From: an uncultured Chloroflexia bacterium | GTDB lineage: Bacteria > Chloroflexota > Limnocylindria > Limnocylindrales > CSP1-4 | Length of the DNA: 64,000 bases | Direction of reading: 5' to 3' | Assembly: GCA_963705425.1 (NCBI GenBank) | Contig: CAVPJO010000009.1 | Coordinates: 189,184 to 253,183, forward strand | Shown: one piece after another, positions 34,049 through 47,032 of the stretch | Numbering within the stretch: the first letter of the stretch is position 1 | How the letters are laid out: each line of letters begins with the position of its first letter | Translations under genes and position numbers: made by a program | Notes under the pieces: model-generated | Seen by the model: only the letters and a program-made list of their open reading frames with translations | Told to the model about the DNA's origin: nothing | Database searches by the model: none

Positions 34049-34093
34049 GTGTCACGTCGCTGTCACCGATGCCCGTGAGACTGCGGCGCTAGC

Positions 34094-34853
34094 ATGAACG
34101 TCCTGATGCCCAAGCCACAGCCCAACGCCGAGCCGCGTCCGACCGGCCCATCCTCGTCGTCGATGACGACCGCAAGATCGTGGCCCTCGTGCGCGCCTAC
34201 CTGGAGCGCGAGGGCTATCGCGTCATCACCGCCTACGACGGCCGCGAGGCCCTGCGCCAGGCGCGCTCCGAGGACCCCGCGCTCATCGTGCTGGACCTGA
34301 TGCTGCCCGAGATCGACGGCCTCGAGGTCATGCGCCTGCTCCGCGCCGACAGCGATGTGCCGGTGCTGATGCTGACCGCGCGCAGCTCGCTGCCGGAGCG
34401 CATCATCGGCCTCGAGAAGGGTGCCGACGACTATCTGCCCAAGCCCTTCAGCCCGGCCGAGCTGGTGGTCCGCGTCAAGGCCGTGCTGCGACGCGTCCAG
34501 CAGCCCGCCGGCCGCTGCCGCGGCCCAGGCCGGCCTCGACCACGCTGACCCAGCACGACCTGACCATCGATACCGAGCGCTACGAGGTCCGGCGAGGCGA
34601 CGAGCTGCTGCCGCTGACGCCGGTCGAGTTCAAGCTCCTGGTGACGCTGGTGGCAGCCGACGGACGGGCCCTCACCCGCGACCAGCTGCTCGACGCGGTC
34701 TACGGCTCCGATGACGGTGACGTGCTCGACCGCACCATCGACGTCCACATCGGCCGCCTGCGCGAGAAGCTCGGCGACGACGCCGAGCAGCCGCGCTACG
34801 TCATGACCGTGCGCGGCGTCGGCTATCGCGCTGCACCGCCGCGACCGGACTGA
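34094..34853 (+). CDS. OmpR/PhoB-family response regulator; frameshifted
   Basis: ILVVDDD, LDLMLPEIDG, LTA, GADDYLPKPFSP.EL, RTIDVHIGRLREKL and TVRGVGY motifs. Confidence 0.93.
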
Positions 34854-34857
34854 GCGC

Positions 34858-36003
34858 ATGAGCCAGGAGTCGGCAGCACGGCCATCGCGGCCCGCCTTCG
34901 GGCGCGGCCTGGCCTGGCGCATCGCGCTGGTCGGCATCGCCTCGGCGCCTGCGTCGCGGTCGGCATCGTGACCGCTGGGCGTCTGGTCGTCGGCAGCGAG
35001 GCCTGGCGCACCTGATGATGGAACACGGCGAGAGCGGCCGCGACCTCGCCTACGCCATGTTCGACCAGTCCATCCGCGACGTGCTGCTGGTCGCCATGGT
35101 CGTGGCCATCATCGCCAGCGTGGCACTGGCCGTCGTGCTCTCGCGCATGATCGCCCGGCCGCTGGCCGAGGTCGGCGCTGCGGCCCGACGCGTGGCCGGC
35201 GGCGACCTCGGCAGCACGCGTGCCCCGGGCCGCGCCCGACGAGCTGGCCAGCCTGGCCGACTCGTTCAACCAGATGGCCGCCGAGCTCGAGGAGAGCGAG
35301 CGCCAGCGCCGCGACATCATCGCCAACACCGCGCACGAGCTGCGCACGCCGCTGACCAACCTGGAGGGCTACCTCGAGGCCATCCGCGATGGCGTCATCG
35401 AGCCCGACCAGCAGCACCTACGAATCACTGCTCGAGGAGACCGAGCGCCTGGTCCGCCTGGCCCGCTCGCTCGATGACCTGGCCGTCGGCGATCGCGGCC
35501 GCACAAGACGGCTCATCCGGTCGATGTCGACCTGGCCGCGCTGCTGAGTGCCGCCGCCGAGCTGGCCCGACCGGCCTTCGAGGCCCGCCGCCTGACCCTC
35601 GAGCGCCGCTGGCGCACGAGCCGTTGCCGGCCCGCGCCGACCCCGACCAGTTCGCCCAGGTGCTCGCCAACCTGCTCCAGAACGCGGCCCGCTACGCGCC
35701 CGAGGGCGGCACGCGTGACGCTCAGTCGCCGAGCAGCGCGACGACACCGTGCTGGTGAGCCTCGCCAACAGCGGCGAGGGCATCCCGGCCGCGGACCTGC
35801 CCCACCTCTTCGAGCGCTTCTACCGGGTCGAGAAGTCACGCGACCGCGCGCTCGGCGGCGCCGGCATCGGCCTGGCCATCGTCAAGCAGCTGGTGGAGGG
35901 CTGGGGCGGGCGCGTCGGCGCCGAGTCGGGCGCCGGGCCGCACCCGCTTCTGGTTCAGCCTGCCGCAGGGCCGCACGACTCTCACCGGGCGGACTCGCGC
36001 TGA
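34858..36003 (+). CDS. HAMP-domain sensor histidine kinase (BaeS-like); frameshifted
   Basis: Two TMs, HAMP (DELASLADSFNQMA), HELRTPLT, QVLANLLQNAARY and FERFYRVEKSR..GGAGIGLAIVK motifs. Confidence 0.92.
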
Positions 36004-36785
36004 TGCCGCTGACCACGAGCCGGCGCGCAGACGGCCGACCCCGTTCGACCCGACGCTTGATGCCCAGCATCTGGCTGCGCATCAGCGCGAAGACGCCCAA
36101 GGCCGAGGACCGGCAGCCCGCGACGCTGGTTGTCGCTCAGGTCCGTGCTGCAGCCGGAAGCGCTCGACCAGCCGCGAGCGGCCCGCCGGACTCCGCCTCG
36201 AGCACGAAGGCCCAGCTGACCGGAAGGGCGGCATGTCCCTGTCGACGGCGGACTCGGCCTGCCTCGACGGTAGGCTCGGCCAGCCAGCTCCTCGACCTGC
36301 TCACGCACCATGGCGTCGTCGAGGTACAGCACCAGGGCCCGGTCGGGCTCGACCACCCGGGCCACGAAGCCGCCGCCGGGATGGGTGGGCACGATGTCGC
36401 CCTCGGCCGCGAGTCCCTGGAACTCGTCGAGGATGGCGTCCGCGCTGCTGCGCCGGAGCGCCGCCGCGGGGCTCCAGGGCCGATCGAGCTGCGCGTAGCT
36501 GTACCAGCCGCCACGGCCGTAGCCCATCTGTACGAGCCAGGGCCAGACCTCGCTCGGCGGACGCCTCGATGATCGAGGCTGCGCGTCTCGACGACGTCGG
36601 CTCGCGCGACGAGGTCGTCGCCGGGGAGGGCCCGGTCGGCATCGCCGGGCAGCAGCCCCCAGGACCGCGACTGCTCGCGTAGCCTGCAGGCCAGTAGGCG
36701 ACGCCCATGCCGGCGCCGAAGGCGAGCGACCATCAGCTTGAGCTGAAGATCACCTTGAACAGGAACTTGATCAGATCCGGAACAT
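35982..36785 (-). CDS. SRPBCC/START-like membrane-anchored protein, paralog 1; frameshifted
   Basis: SWG...LPGDDLV, VWPWLVQMGYGRGGWYSY, GFVARVVEPDRALVL and SWAFVLE motifs. Confidence 0.72.
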
Positions 36786-36822
36786 GCGTGGCCTCCTCCT
36801 GGTAGCACGCGGGTGGCCCGCC

Positions 36823-37656
36823 TCAGGCCTCGGCCGTGCAGCTGCGGTTCGGCTGATCCGTTCCCGGAGCCGTGGCCAGCCGCCTTCGGCTCGCTCCTTG
36901 AGCCCGAGCATGTGCTTGCGGGTCATGGCGAAGACGCCGAGGCCCATCACCGGCATGCCCAGCTTCTGCGGCAGCCCGGCGTCCGCCGTCCAGACCCGGA
37001 AGCGCTCGATGAGGCGCGTGCCGTGTCCGCCGGCCTCCGGTTCGAGGACGAACGCCCAGCGTGGCGCGGAACTCCGGCATGGCCATGCCGCCCAGGGCGC
37101 CCGCGAACTGCAGGCCGCCGGGCATCTCCTCGTCGAGCGCCGCGAGCGCGTCCTGGCCACCGTGCTCGGCGACCGAGGCCTCCGACCTGCCGCTGCGTGA
37201 CGAGCTCCGTGTCGAGGTAGAGCACCAGGGCCTTCTCGGGCTCCACGACCCTGGCCACGAAGCCGCCATCGGGATGCGGTGGGCACGACGTCGCCCTCGG
37301 CGCAGGTCCTGGAACTGCGGCGAGGATGCGTGTCGGCGCTGCGGGTGTCCATGTCGAGCTTGTCGTAGCTGTACCAGCCACCACGGCCGTAGCCCATCTG
37401 CACCAGCCATGGCCACACCTCGTGACGGCGCGGCGTCGATGGACAGGCTGCGGGTCTCGATGATGTCCGGACCGGCGACGAGGTCGTCGCCGGCCAGCGG
37501 CTTGCTGCTGGTCACGGGGCACGACGCCCCAGCGTCTGCTGCTGTTCGCGCAGCTGCAGGTAGAAGGCGATGACCATGCCGGCCACCACCGAGACGATGA
37601 CGAGCTTGAGCCGGAACAGCGAGCTTGAAGACGAACCTGACCGGCCAGAGCATCAC
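36823..37656 (-). CDS. SRPBCC/START-like membrane-anchored protein, paralog 2; frameshifted
   Basis: LAGDDLV, WPWLVQMGYGRGGWYSYDKLD, WAFVLEP..TRLIERFR and MTRKHMLGLKERAE motifs; GAGGAGG RBS. Confidence 0.75.
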   Translation of the reverse strand: MMLWPVRFVFKLAVPAQARHRLGGGRHGHRLLPAAARTAADAGASCPVTSSKPLAGDDLVAGPDIIETRSLSIDAAPSRGVAMAGADGLRPWWLVQLRQARHGHPQRRHASSPQFQDLRRGRRRAHRIPMAASWPGSWSPRRPWCSTSTRSSSRSGRSEASVAEHGGQDALAALDEEMPGGLQFAGALGGMAMPEFRATLGVRPRTGGRRTRHAPHRALPGLDGGRRAAAEAGHAGDGPRRLRHDPQAHARAQGASRRRLATAPGTDQPNRSCTAEA

Positions 37657-37798
37657 GGATGGTCTCCTCCTCGCTGCGCACGCTGCACTCGGGCCGATGC
37701 TACTCGCGCTCGCGCGAGCCCGGTGGGCCGTTCGGGCCCGCCGCGAGGGGCCGGAGGTATACTTCGCGCGCCGAAGGTGGCCACGCGCCACCGCCCGT

Positions 37799-37874
37799 GG
37801 GGATGTAGCTCAGCTGGGAGAGCGCTGCGTTCGCATCGCAGAGGCCAGGGGTTCGAGTCCCCTCATCTCCACCA
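37799..37874 (+). tRNA. tRNA-Ala (anticodon CGC)
   Basis: GGGGATG...CTGCG-TTCGCAT-CGCAG...GTTCGAGTC...CATCTCCACCA; G3:U70; 76 nt; upstream TATACT. Confidence 0.96.
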
Positions 37875-38088
37875 CTCCCCTGCTCTGACGTCCGAGCAGC
37901 TGTGCCTTGGGCAGACGACGGACGCCCGCCCCTACGAGCCAGACACCGGAACCGGAGGACCAGCGACCGATGAGCATGCGCACACTCGAGACCGACAGCC
38001 GGGCCGCTGTCTGGTGTGCATCCCCACGCGACCGGGGAACACATCGTGACTCCGCTCGCGCCCACGCCCCAGCCGTGCGCACCCGCTG

Positions 38089-38661
38089 ATGGACGTTCGT
38101 ACCGTCATCAACATCTACGGGATCCTCGCACTCGTCGGGGTCGTCGTGGTGACCTGGTTCGGCCTGATGTTCGTGGTGTCGCGAGTCTCGGCTCCGATCG
38201 GCGCGAGCTACGCCAATCTGCGCCTGAACATCGGCTCCTCGGCGATCGTCGCAGCCTGGGTCGTGGCGCTGCTGGCGATGGTCGGGAGCCTCTACTTCTC
38301 CGAGCTGGCCAACTACACCCCATGCACCTTGTGCTGGTACCAGCGCATCGCCATGTATCCACTCGTGCTGATCCTGGGCATCGCCGCTATCAGACGTGAC
38401 ACCGCCATCCGCCTCTACGCCATCCCCCTGGCCGCGGTCGGGCTGGGCATCTCCAGCTACCACTATCTGCTCGAGTGGTTCCCCGATATCGACGCCGGGG
38501 CCTGCAAGGTGGGCATTCCCTGCACCCAGGTGTGGTTCCGTGAGTTCGGCTTCGTGAGCCTGCCGCTGCTGGCACTCGTCTCGTTCGCCCTGGTCATCAC
38601 GCTGCTGCTGATCCCGATGCGCACGTCGCCCCAGAGCTCGTCCGTCGAAGACACCGAGTAG
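38089..38661 (+). CDS. Disulfide bond formation protein, DsbB/BdbC family
   Basis: GSLYFSE...PCTLCWYQRIAMYPL and a second Cys pair (ACKVGIPC). Confidence 0.9.
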   Translation: MDVRTVINIYGILALVGVVVVTWFGLMFVVSRVSAPIGASYANLRLNIGSSAIVAAWVVALLAMVGSLYFSELANYTPCTLCWYQRIAMYPLVLILGIAAIRRDTAIRLYAIPLAAVGLGISSYHYLLEWFPDIDAGACKVGIPCTQVWFREFGFVSLPLLALVSFALVITLLLIPMRTSPQSSSVEDTE

Positions 38662-38884
38662 CAGCACACGTCGGCCCAGCCGGCCCACGGGCACGCTTGG
38701 CGTGGCCGAGGGACCCGAGACATTCGGGCAGTCACCGCCCGTACACGAAGCCACCACGACGCAGCGGTTCAGGTAGATGCCATCGTCCCGAGAGTGACGC
38801 TCCGCCGAACCCTGGGCCAGGTCCGCTCCCTGGGCGGCCGGGGATGTCGCGCGGTCGCCGCTGGCCGACCTTCCACGCTTATCC

Positions 38885-41536
38885 TCAGTTGTCTGCCGCA
38901 GCCTCCTCTGCGTTCTCTACGCTCGCGCGCACCGTCTGCGAGGCGATGCCACCGTCGTCGTCGGTGAGGGTCAGGCCCACCTCGTAGTCACCGGGACCGG
39001 CGTAAGCGTGGCGGGCGCTGGCGGAGCCAGCACCACCGTCGTCGGTGAGTGTCGGGCTATCTGTCGTGCCGTCGCCCCAGTCGATGAGCAGATCGATGGG
39101 TGTCCCTGGTGCCGGCGTCGCTGAAGGAGACGTCAAGGACCAGGGGCTCACCGACCATCCCGCTGAGGGGCGCGAGTGGTGCCAGGTTGGGGTCGACGTT
39201 GCGGACCTTGATGGTGGCATCGGCCCGGTCAGAGGCGCCGTCGTCGTCGGTGACCGTGAGCGTGATGTCGAACTTGCCGTCGTCGGTTCCGCGGAAGACC
39301 GGCCTGCGGACGGCGGGGTCGTCGAGGCGTCCCGGCTTGCTCCAGGCGTAGGCCACGATCTGGCCATCGGCGTCGGCTGAGCCGGTGCCGTCGAGCTTGA
39401 CGGTATGGCCCTCGTCGACCTTGTATGGACCGCCGGCATCGGCCGTCGGGGGCTCGTTGGCGAGCCTGGGCTCTGGTGCGGTCGCGGGCTCGGTCGTCGG
39501 CTCGGCCGCGACGACCGGAGTGGGGTTCGGCATCGGCTGAGGGGTCGGCTCGGGGTCGGGCTTCGGCGTGGGCTGAAGGGGTCGGCTCGGGGTCGGGCTT
39601 CGGCGTGGGCTTGAGGGTGGCTTCCGGCGTCGCCTCTGGGGCGACCGGAACCTCGAGGGACGGCTCGGGCGATGCGGGCCGCTCGGGTCCGGGCGCAGGC
39701 CGTGCCGAGCGAGCCGGGATGGGCCGGCCCGCTGGCGAGGGGGTCACCAGGGTGAACTCGACCGCGTCGAAGGCGATGCGCCGGCCGGTAGAGGCTCGCT
39801 CGCCGGACTTGTCCTTGAGCCTGATGCGGGCGACCGAGTCGAAATCGGTATGTCCCGAGGCCCACCCAGTCGCCACGCCTGCGCGACTGGTTGACGGTTC
39901 GCTTGACCCAGCCGTCGGCTGTCACGATCGCGTAGCGCGCCGAGCGGGTGGTCGCGTTGGCGCGGGGGATCTTGACTCGCACGCGGTACTCCCCCGCGAC
40001 CGGCAGCGTCGCGGTCCAGGCACCCGAACGGCGGGCCGAGCCCGACCGTACGGTCGACCACAAGCTGTGGTGGCGATAGCCGGAGCTCGAGGCCTTCCAG
40101 CCTGAGCCACGCTTGGCGAAGCCCTTCGACCTGTCGTCGATGACCAGGGTGGTGCGCGTCGTGCTGGCGGTCACCTTGGCGCTGCATCGCTGCCCAGCCG
40201 AATTGAGAGCACACACCTTGTAGGCGTACTGCTTGCCCGCGCGGAGCCCGGAATCGACGAAGGTGGTCGAAATCGGACGGCAGCCCATCGGCGTGGATGA
40301 CGAACGCGGTACCGTTCCAGCGCCACACGCGGTAGCTGGTCTCTCGAGCGCCGTCGTCCCAGCCGAGTCGTATCTTCCAGGGCGAGATGGCCTTGGCCGA
40401 GACGTTGGCCGGGACCGGGGGTGCATCGGTGAGGTCAGGCACGAATGACGTGGAGCGCCACTCGTGGCTCACCGTCGAACCTCCGACATCGACACCATCG
40501 ACCGTGATGGTGAAGGTGCGATCCGGGCCACTGCCCAGGTCCGAGACCGTCGAGGTCTACCTCGAAGACGACGGCCGGGTCGCCGTATCCACGAGTGCGC
40601 GAGACCACGGTCACCGGCAGCGACGCGCCGGCCAGTGTCACTCGCACGGTGGCGGAACCGAAGTCCGCACCGTCGCGGCTGAGCGAGAAGCGCGGGTAGA
40701 AGTGGGCATTGGGCACGAAGCCGGGCGGTGGCCAGGAAGATCCAGTCCGGTCCGTCCGAGGGCCGCACCCAGGTATCGGTGTCGAGTACGTAGAGTGCGT
40801 CGGTGGAGGTGGTCGAACCCGAGCCGAGCGTGGTCTGCGGCGGGTAGAGGATCCAGCGGCGATGGCCGACCGCAGTGTTGTTGGCGCCGTAGTCATGCAT
40901 GTACAGCCCGATGGCGCGGGCTCCGATGGCACCGATGGCCAGGTTCGAGGACCCCGCCCCGAGACGACCTGCTTCCGTGTAGCAGGGAGCGTCCGGCTGC
41001 GGCGAATGGGTCAGCGAATCGCTCGCGTCCATGATGAGCGCCGCCGCCTGGCTGGGGGTATCGAGGCGAGAGGCGAACGACACGCCAGGGAGCCCGGCAA
41101 GGTTGCGGAAGTAGTCGACGGTCTCCAGGGCGGCCGCGGAGAAGGCCGCACTGACCGACCCTGCCGTGCACGTGGCGACGCTGCCCGTCCATTCAGGTAG
41201 GACCGTGCGCGGCTGCAGGTAGCGCTGACGGTAGGCCGTGTTGACGGCGTCACGGTCGGACGTATCGATGATCCCGGCGTCACCGCGCGGCGCGACCGGC
41301 TCGTTCGCAGGCCGGTAGCCGGTCTCGATGCGGGGGGCAGATCCGAGACGTGGACCGGCGACCTCGGCGGCCGAGGGTCGAGAGCCAGGCTCGACATCCC
41401 CTGCGGCAACGCTGGGGCCGAGGGGCGCGAGCGCGAGGCAGAGCACCATCAACGCGACGCTGGCTGCCAGTGGGTGCAGGTGACCTGCACTAACCAGTCG
41501 GCGCTCGCCGGCCGCTGCTCCGCCACGTCTCTTCAT
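38885..41536 (-). CDS. Large secreted multidomain protein: CAP/SCP, Ig/FN3-like, golvesin/Xly-like CBM, Pro-rich linker, PKD domains; frameshifted
   Basis: VDYFRNLAGLP...SLTHSP...VGHRRWIL (CAP); GLRAGKQYAYKVCALN (FN3); VIDD..GF...GW...GEYRV..W.GLGTY; PTADAGGPY..EG..V.LDGTGS.D.DG and IDWGDG...HAY..PG.Y.V.LT.TDDDG (PKD). Confidence 0.75.
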
Positions 41537-41801
41537 AGTCGCCTACCCATGCTGTCGTCGATCGCGCTCGGAGCCTGTCCGTCATCCTCGCGGAGACCCC
41601 TCGCGCCCGGAAGAGCGCCAAAGGTACGCCCGGCGGATGGGCGTCCCTCAGGGGGTCGGACGCGAGCGAGCAGGCCTCATCGCAGGGTCGAGGCAGCATC
41701 GGGGATGCGGCCGCGACGGGATGCCCGCCCGGGAGATAACCTCTGGCTTGACGCCGCAGGCCGGACCGAGGAGAGCAGGGACCGAGGAGATCAGGGACGA
41801 C

Positions 41802-42308
41802 ATGCATCGAACCATCGCTGCGCTCGCCGTCCTGATGCTGCTGGGCGTGGTCGGCTGCGGCGGTGACGAGGCCGGCCCCGCGGCATCGGTCGATCCATCC
41901 GCCAGCCCCGATACGGCCCTGCTCGAGGCGGAGCGCAGCGCCCGTCCCTCGCCCGAACCCACCGTGGATCCCGAAGGTGAGCTGTGTCTGCGGGTGGCCG
42001 ACGTCGAGCAACGGCTGGCCTCGTTGCGCGCGGTCGAGCTGCGTCTGCCCAACCGCGTGGCGCTGGAGATCGAGCTGGACAAGCTGACGGTCGCCTACGT
42101 CGAGCTCAGGAACGCCGACCTGGGCCCACGCGAAGACGAGCTGGAGCGGTCGCTGACGCGTCTTGGCTACCGGCTCGGCGAGCTGGAGCTGGCAGTCGAG
42201 GACTTCCGCACCAACTCCCGCCCGCGCCAGGCCGTGCCCCACGTCGAGGAGGACGCCCAGAAGGTCGCCGACGAGATGGCCGCCTTCGTCATCCTGTCGC
42301 GCTGCTGA
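41802..42308 (+). CDS. Hypothetical lipoprotein (helical)
   Basis: MHRTIAALAVLMLLGVVGC lipobox; Ser/Pro linker; helical domain with two Cys. Confidence 0.7.
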   Translation: MHRTIAALAVLMLLGVVGCGGDEAGPAASVDPSASPDTALLEAERSARPSPEPTVDPEGELCLRVADVEQRLASLRAVELRLPNRVALEIELDKLTVAYVELRNADLGPREDELERSLTRLGYRLGELELAVEDFRTNSRPRQAVPHVEEDAQKVADEMAAFVILSRC

Positions 42309-42322
42309 CGCGTGGCTCAGCC

Positions 42323-43108
42323 CTAGCCCAGCGCGGCCCGGACCTCGCCGGCGTGCTCCCGCAACCACCGCCGTGCCTCCGGGGTGCGTGGGGCGTGCCG
42401 CTCGACGAGCGCCCAGAAATGCCGCGTCGTGGCCGCGGATGCGCAGGTGGGCCAGCTCGTGCACGACGACCGCATCGAGCACGAAGGTCGGCGCGAGGAT
42501 GAGCCGCCAGCTGAAGGAGAGCGCACCGCTGGCCGAGGCCGAGGCCCAGCGGCTGGACTGGTCGCGGATGGTGAGGCGCCCGGGCTCCACCCCCAGCTCC
42601 GGCGCCCGCGCTGCGACGCGTTCGGCGATGACCTCACGGGCCCGCCCGCGCAGCCACGCCTCGAGCAGCTCGGCCGTGTCGCGGCCGTCGCGACCGAGCC
42701 GGACGACGAGCCCGCCGGGCACGACCTCGACCCGCCCACGGGCCGGCCGGCGGGCTGGCACGTCCACCTCGGAGACGCGGCGAGGCACGCCGGCGACCTC
42801 GAGCACGACGCCCCTCTCCCAGCGACCGGCCGCGCGGCCAGGCGGCTGCGCTCGCTCGTCGGTGCGCGCGAGACGTGGCGCTCGAGCCAGGCGGCGTGCT
42901 GGACCACCAGCCGCTCGGCCTCGGCCAGGGGCATGCGCCGCGGCAGGACGACCACGACCTCGCCCTCGCGGCTGACGGTCAGCCGGGCCCGGCGCGCACG
43001 ATCGGAGCGGCGGACCGTGTACGGGTGCCGAGGGGCGGTCACGTCGGCGGCGTCGGCAGCTCGGCGTCGTCGGGGCACGCCCCGCCGTCCGCGTAGGTCG
43101 ATGGACAC
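42323..43108 (-). CDS. YgjP-like (DUF45/M48-related) metallopeptidase/nucleotide pyrophosphatase; frameshifted
   Basis: YTVRRSDRARRARLTV, IRDQSSRWASAS..G.LSFSWRL and VVVHELAHL...H...FW motifs. Confidence 0.85.
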   Translation of the reverse strand: MSIDLRGRRGVPRRRRAADAADVTAPRHPYTVRRSDRARRARLTVSREGEVVVVLPRRMPLAEAERLVVQHAAWLERHVSRAPTSERSRLAARPVAGRGASCSRSPACLAASPRWTCQPAGRPVGGSRSCPAGSSSGSVATAATRPSCSRRGCAGGPVRSSPNASQRGRRSWGWSPGASPSATSPAAGPRPRPAVRSPSAGGSSSRRPSCSMRSSCTSWPTCASAATTRHFWALVERHAPRTPEARRWLREHAGEVRAALG

Positions 43109-43197
43109 GCCCGCCATCTTAGGCTGCCCGGGAGCCGGGCCGAGCGCCACGGCGTATCGCCAGCCCGCCGCGCTGCGATTCGCTACTATGTGGCCAC

Positions 43198-43273
43198 GGG
43201 GCGATAGCTCAGCTGGAAGAGCATCTGCATGGCATGCAGAAGGTCCGGGGTTCGAGTCCCCGTCGCTCCACCA
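43198..43273 (+). tRNA. tRNA-Ala (anticodon GGC)
   Basis: GGGGCGA...TCTGC-ATGGCAT-GCAGA...GTTCGAGTC...TCGCTCCACCA; 76 nt; upstream TACTAT. Confidence 0.96.
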
Positions 43274-43290
43274 CCCGACCCGGAACCGCG

Positions 43291-43322
43291 GACCCCTGTC
43301 AGACGACGGGGGTCTTGTCGTT
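43291..43322 (+). terminator. Terminator-like hairpin after tRNA-Ala(GGC)
   Basis: GACCCCTGTC/AGAC/GACGGGGGTC followed by TTGTCGTT. Confidence 0.65.
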
Positions 43323-43366
43323 ACCGGGCCGTGACCAGACAGGCCCGCATCGGTGAGAATGCACCC

Positions 43367-45945
<2,579 letters not shown>

Positions 45946-46043
45946 GCCGATCCAGGCCTGCACCCGCGCACGGCGCAGGGTCCATCGGCCGCGACCGTGC
46001 GCTAGCCTGAGCGGAGCCCTGACCCGCACCCCGCGAGGCCCCC

Positions 46044-47009
46044 ATGCCCGACATGAGCGCGCCCCTGAAGCTCGGCGCCGACATCTGGAACCAGTACACC
46101 GATTGGCCCGCCTTCAAGGCCGCCCACCTGCGCGCCGAGGAGCTGGGCTACGACTCGCTGTGGACGATGGACCACATCTACCCGCCGTTCGAGCCCGAGG
46201 ACGGGCCCATCTTCGAGGCCTTCACGGCCATGTCGCGCCATCGCCGAGCTGACGTCACGAGGCCTCGCATCAGCGTGATGGTCGCCTCCAACACCTATCG
46301 CAACCCGGCCCTGCTCACCAAGATGGTCACCACCATCGACCACATCAGCGACGGCCGCGCCATCCTCGCGGTCGGCGCCGGCTGGGCCGAGCACGAGCAT
46401 CGCGGCTTCGGCTTCGAGTTCGGGCACCAGCCCCGGTGAGCGGCTGCGCTGGCTGCGCGAGGCCCTGCCGGTCATGCGCGGCATGCTCGACGGCACCCGC
46501 CCGAGCTCGGCCGGCGGCCAGCACTACCACATGCGTCAACGCCCACAACGAGCCGCCGCCGGTCCAGGAGCGCATGCCCATCCTCATCGGCGGCAGCGGC
46601 CGCAAGGTCACGCTGCGCCTGGTGGCCGAGTACGCCGACATCTGCAACATCGGCGGCTCACCGTCCAGGGTGGCCGAGGCGGACGGCGTGCTCATCGAGC
46701 ACTGCGAGGCGGTCGGCCGCGACGAGAAGACCATCGAGCGCAGCATCGACGTGGGCGTGCCCACCATCCGCGACTCGCGCGCCCAGGCGTTCCGCGACCG
46801 CGACGCGCTGTTCGCGGCCCAGCGAGACGAGCCCTGGAAGAACCAGCCCACCGGCACGCCCGAGGACGTCTACGAGTGGCTGGCCCGCTACGTCGAGCTC
46901 GGCTACCACCACCTCGTCTTCTACTGGCCCGCGCCCGTACGACGAGGAGTCGATGGTGCGCCTGGCGACCGAGATCCGCCCCCGCTGGAGGCGCTCATCG
47001 GCGGCCTGA
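46044..47009 (+). CDS. LLM-class (probable F420-dependent) oxidoreductase, copy 1; frameshifted
   Basis: GYDSLWTMDH, NTYRNPALLTKMVTTIDHISDGR..L.VGAGW and PILIGGSGRKVTLRLVAEYAD motifs. Confidence 0.88.
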
Positions 47010-47032
47010 ACCATCGACCGAAGGAGCCCTCC

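Noticed and set aside
37799-43273. Genomic island bounded by the two tRNA-Ala genes
   Set aside because: Both are complete, distinct isoacceptors with their own promoters; no integrase, att duplication or obvious compositional shift
43274-43366. T-box riboswitch upstream of leuS
   Set aside because: The spacer is under 100 nt and has no T-box consensus; the hairpin is better explained as the tRNA terminator
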